A stretch of DNA of 64,000 bases. Source: Planctomycetota bacterium. Lineage in GTDB: Bacteria; Planctomycetota; PLA2; JAEUHO01. Under the pieces are notes generated by a model that did not search any database, was not told the DNA's origin, and worked only from the letters and a program-made list of their open reading frames with translations. The stretch covers positions 128,001 to 192,000 of the forward strand of contig CBDCWP010000039.1 of the NCBI GenBank assembly GCA_965223505.1, written 5' to 3'. Of this stretch, positions 58,591 through 64,000 are shown one piece after another; position 1 is the first letter of the stretch; every line of letters starts with the position of its first letter. The position numbers were made by a program, and so were the translations under genes.

Positions 58591-60433
58591 TTTCCTCGCG
58601 CTCCTGACGTCCGAGCCGATCCCGCCGGCGATCGTCTTCATGCTCGGCGCCCTGCTCGTCCCGTTCCTGAAGGGACCGGTGCGCGCGATCTACATGCTCG
58701 CGCTGCCGGTGTTCAGTCTCGTAACGGTGATCGGCGCCGACCACGGCGCCTACTGGACGTACGAGGCCTTCGGCGAGACGCTGAGCTTCTTCCGCATCGA
58801 CCAGACGAGCCTGGTCTTCTCGTACATCTTCCACCTCGCGGCGTTTCTCGGCGTGCTGTACGCGCTGCACGTCAAGGACCGGCTGCAGGACACGGCGGGC
58901 ATCATCTACGCCGGTAGTGCGTTGGGCGCCGTGTTCGCGGGCGACCTCGTCACCTTCCTCATCTTCTGGGAGGTGATGGCGTTCTCGTCTGTGTTCATGA
59001 TCCTGGCGCGCCGAACGCCCGAGTCGAACAAGTCGGCGATGCGCTACCTGATGGTGCAGCTCGTCTCCGGCCTGTCCGTGATCGTCGGCATCGCGCTGCA
59101 CTTCCACGAGACCGGCTCGCTCGCGTTGGCGACGATGACCGACCAGCTCATGGACGGGGCGCCCGGCGCGCTGTTCATCTTCCTCGGCTTCGGTCTGAAG
59201 TGCGGCTGGCCGTTGATGCACAACTGGATCACCGACGGATACCCGGCCGCAACGCCCACGGGCTCGGTGTTCCTCAGCGCGTTCACGACGAAGTGCGCCG
59301 TCTATGCGCTCTTCCGCTGCTTCCCCGGCGCCGAGCCGCTCGTCTACATCGGCACAGCGATGGCGCTCTTCCCGATCTTCTACGCCGTGATCGAGAACGA
59401 TCTCAGGCGGGTCCTGTGCTACAGCATGATCAACCAGATCGGCTACATGGTCGTCGGCATCGGGATCGGCACCGAGCTGGCGCTCAACGGCGCGGCGGCG
59501 CACGCGTTCTGCGACATCCTCTTCAAAGGCCTGCTCTTCATGAGCATGGGCGCGGTGCTCTTGCGGACGGGCATCATGAACGGCAGCCACCTGGGCGGCC
59601 TGCATCGGACCATGCCGTGGACGGCCGGCTTCTGCGCCATCGGCGCGGCGTCGATCTCGGCGTTCCCACTCTTCAGCGGCTTCATCAGCAAGTCGATGAT
59701 CATGACCGCCGCCGCTGCGGAGGGCCGAACCGCGGTGTGGTTCTGCCTGCTCTTCGGTGCGGCGGGCGTGTTCCATCACGCCGGCATCAAGATTCCGTTC
59801 TTCGCGTTCTTCGGGCACGACCGCGGCATGCGGCCGAAGGAGGCGCCGAAGAACATGCTCGCGGCGATGGCGATCGCCGCCGGTTGCTGCATCGCGCTCG
59901 GCAGCTTTCCGGACCAGACGCTCTACAACTGGCTGCCGTTTCCGGTCGACTACGAGCCGTACACGACGATGCACGTCATCACCCAGACGCAGCTCTTGTT
60001 CTTCTCGGCGCTGGCGTTCTGCGTCTTGATGATCACGGGGTTGTATCCCCCGGAGCTGGTGTCGGTGAACCTGGACGCGGACTGGTGGTACCGCAAGGGC
60101 AGTCGTCGGTTCTTGCGCTTCGTCGAGGGCCCGCTGATGGCCGTGTTCGGGGGTTTGAGCCGGATCGTGCACGAGGTGATCCCGGACCGGCTCTCGACGT
60201 TCGCCAAGAACCCGGCGGGCTCGATGAAGCTGGCGTACGACCGTGCGCGGCTCGGCTTCGCGGGTGCGTTCGCGCCGTTGCCGGTGGTGGAGCGGATGCG
60301 GGCGGATCTCGAGGCCGACCAGGGGCGTTACGAGCGGACGCGTCCCGGCTCGGTGTGGCCGATCGGGACGACGGTGCTGTACATGGCGCTGCTGTTCCTG
60401 ATCTTCCTGATCGTCTACTTGACGTCTGACTAG
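58580..60433 (+). CDS. mrpD: Mrp D/A-type antiporter-like subunit, copy 3
   Basis: FWEVMA, PLMHNWITDGYP, LSAFTTK, ENDLRRVLCYS, SGFISK. Confidence 0.85.
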   Translation: MTSSFLALLTSEPIPPAIVFMLGALLVPFLKGPVRAIYMLALPVFSLVTVIGADHGAYWTYEAFGETLSFFRIDQTSLVFSYIFHLAAFLGVLYALHVKDRLQDTAGIIYAGSALGAVFAGDLVTFLIFWEVMAFSSVFMILARRTPESNKSAMRYLMVQLVSGLSVIVGIALHFHETGSLALATMTDQLMDGAPGALFIFLGFGLKCGWPLMHNWITDGYPAATPTGSVFLSAFTTKCAVYALFRCFPGAEPLVYIGTAMALFPIFYAVIENDLRRVLCYSMINQIGYMVVGIGIGTELALNGAAAHAFCDILFKGLLFMSMGAVLLRTGIMNGSHLGGLHRTMPWTAGFCAIGAASISAFPLFSGFISKSMIMTAAAAEGRTAVWFCLLFGAAGVFHHAGIKIPFFAFFGHDRGMRPKEAPKNMLAAMAIAAGCCIALGSFPDQTLYNWLPFPVDYEPYTTMHVITQTQLLFFSALAFCVLMITGLYPPELVSVNLDADWWYRKGSRRFLRFVEGPLMAVFGGLSRIVHEVIPDRLSTFAKNPAGSMKLAYDRARLGFAGAFAPLPVVERMRADLEADQGRYERTRPGSVWPIGTTVLYMALLFLIFLIVYLTSD

Positions 60434-60468
60434 GGGGGCCTCCTCGGCGCTCGCTCGTTGTTGATCGC

Positions 60469-60493
60469 GGGCGGGGTCGAGCCCCGCCCCTAC
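60469..60493 (-). repeat. GTAG-type REP-like palindrome
   Basis: Minus strand GTAG-GGGCGGGG-CTCGA-CCCCGCCC; the 12-mer CCCCGCCCCTAC recurs at 60669-60680. Confidence 0.6.
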
Positions 60494-60511
60494 GGGCTCG
60501 CTGCGAATCGG

Positions 60512-60635
60512 CGAACCCGATCCCGGAGCCCGATCCCGGCACCGATGCCGATCCTGATCCCGGAGCCCGATTCCGAACCCGTTCCCGAACCCGACCCCGA
60601 TCCCGACCCCCGTTCCCGAACCCCGACCCCGATCC
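60512..60635 (+). repeat. Degenerate (CCCGAN)n hexamer tract
   Basis: Successive CCCGAT/CCCGAA/CCCGAC/CCCGGA units between mrpD and hppA. Confidence 0.8.
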
Positions 60636-60767
60636 TCATCCTCCCAACCACGGCGCGCTTGTCCCCGTCCCCGCCCCTACAAGTTGTGTCGCGTTGGCTT
60701 GCTCCCCCCTACACTCCTCCGCGTACGCCCACTGAAACCGGGCTGCAATCTCCCAGGGAGGGCTGAG

Positions 60768-62885
<2,118 letters not shown>

Positions 62886-62929
62886 GGGACGTGTAACCGC
62901 GGCGCGCCGTCGGACGAGGTTCGTCTACG

Positions 62930-63487
62930 ATGGCGCGCGTGCAAACTCGACGTCTGCTGAGAGCCGAGGACCTCCTCTCGGGCCGCCACGACGAGCTCGG
63001 TGAGCTGTGGGACGGCTGCTACGTGGTGCGTGAGCCGTCCGGCGGCTGGCACGGCGTACTGGGCTCCCGGCTGATCAGACGGCTCTTGAACGAGGCGTCG
63101 GTCGAGCGCGCCGGCTGGGTGCTCGACGCGAGCGGCGGATACGTCGTCGCCCGCGATCCGGATCGCGTGCTGTCGCCGGATGTGTCGTTCATCTCCAAGG
63201 CGCGGCTGCCGACGCTGCCGGCGCGAGGGTTCATCGAGGGACCGCCGGACTTCTGCGTCGAGGTGCGTTCGCCGCACGACTCGTGGACCGCGGTCGTCGA
63301 GAAGGGCGGGATCTGGATCGCTCACGGCGTCGTCGCCGTCTGGTGCGTCGATCCGTTCCGCCGGCGGGTGGCCGTGCTGCGCCCCGCGCAGGTCCCCGAG
63401 CTTTGCGGCGGCGGGGCCAGGGCGGACGCGCGACCGGCCCTCGAGTTCGAGATGCCGGTCGACGAGCTGTTCGAGGGCGTCGCCTGA
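62930..63487 (+). CDS. Uma2-family (DUF820) putative endonuclease
   Basis: ELWDG, H, SPDVSFI, PDFCVEVRSP.D, GV..VWCVDP. Confidence 0.85.
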   Translation: MARVQTRRLLRAEDLLSGRHDELGELWDGCYVVREPSGGWHGVLGSRLIRRLLNEASVERAGWVLDASGGYVVARDPDRVLSPDVSFISKARLPTLPARGFIEGPPDFCVEVRSPHDSWTAVVEKGGIWIAHGVVAVWCVDPFRRRVAVLRPAQVPELCGGGARADARPALEFEMPVDELFEGVA

Positions 63488-63678
63488 CGCGTTCGTGACC
63501 GTCGACCGCCGGTGTGGGGGCCGAGCCGGGACGCTCGCCCCGACCGGCGCCCCGCGACCGGTGCGGCGACCCCTGATGCGACCGGCAGCCTGGGGTTCCC
63601 GCCCCAACCGAGTGGGGAACACCCGCGCCGCCGCCGATTCAAGAGGAGGGGAGCGGCGCGCAACGGATCGGAGGTGTC

Positions 63679-64000
63679 ATGCAGTCACGTCAACAGGGAG
63701 CCGCACCGCTGCGCGGCACCGTGCTTCGAGCCGCGACGTTGTGTCTGATCGCGTCGGTGCCGGCCGTCCTCGCGTTCGAAGCCGGCCAGGCCACCGCGGC
63801 GAAACGCGGGAACCGGCGCGTGACGCCGGTCGTCCAGGCCGTCGAGCACGCCGCGCCCGCCGTCGTCAGCATCTACGCGGACTCGCGCTCGCGGCGCGGC
63901 TACATCCGCCGCGGCGCCGGGTCGGGCGTCATCGTGCATCCCGACGGCTACGTCGTGACGAACTCGCACGTCATCCGCGGCGGCGCGTCGATCAAGGTCG
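63679..64000 (+). CDS. HtrA/DegP-like trypsin serine protease, 5' part; runs off the window end
   Basis: GGAGG RBS; signal peptide; RVTPVVQAVEHAAPAVVSI, GAGSGVIVHPDGYVVTNSHVI. Confidence 0.85.
   Translation, partial: MQSRQQGAAPLRGTVLRAATLCLIASVPAVLAFEAGQATAAKRGNRRVTPVVQAVEHAAPAVVSIYADSRSRRGYIRRGAGSGVIVHPDGYVVTNSHVIRGGASIKV

Noticed and set aside
52626..60433. Membrane-bound hydrogenase or complex I operon
   Set aside because: No NiFe, Fe-S or NuoH-like subunits are present; all genes fit Mrp.
62930..63487. Uma2 gene as part of a defence island
   Set aside because: It is a solitary gene of a commonly scattered family with no methylase, toxin or other defence neighbours.

Overview
A GC-rich, gene-dense bacterial chromosomal segment. 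The gene styles (sigma-TM-repeat fusion, DxDxDGxGEYG pilins, kinase-FGE fusion) suggest Planctomycetota; this is inference only. Left to right: (1) a type IV pilus/competence locus with a prepilin peptidase 3' end, two OmpA/MotB-domain lipoproteins, pilT-pilB-pilC, two almost identical pilin genes, a pilin-like gene and dprA. (2) Small housekeeping genes, a thioredoxin-fold protein with an in-frame TGA (UxxC) and a SECIS-like hairpin (probable selenoprotein), priA and a HAD hydrolase. (3) A 1204-aa ECF sigma fused to a TM helix and extracytoplasmic repeats, a truncated four-helix-bundle gene, a 39-unit (CGAACC)n tract and an orphan gene tail. (4) A Ser/Thr kinase-FGE protein, a CzcCBA-type heavy-metal RND cluster and a giant NtrY-like kinase. 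(5) A 2-phosphoglycerate-kinase-like/ApgM-like pair facing PhoU and two Na/Pi cotransporters, with a sigma54 promoter and a sigma54 activator. (6) An ECF sigma/anti-sigma pair, a 10-gene Mrp antiporter operon, a K+-dependent membrane pyrophosphatase, a Uma2 gene and the start of an HtrA protease. Main unexplained signals: a shared promoter-like motif T(C/T)(A/T)AG-N16-GTCGATAGG before pilT and both pilins; the homogenised pilin pair with different structured leaders; a PilZ-like insert in the prepilin peptidase; the probable selenoprotein; the 2PGK-ApgM-phosphate transport cluster; and G-rich hexamer tracts. No rRNA, tRNA, CRISPR array, transposase or reverse transcriptase was recognised.
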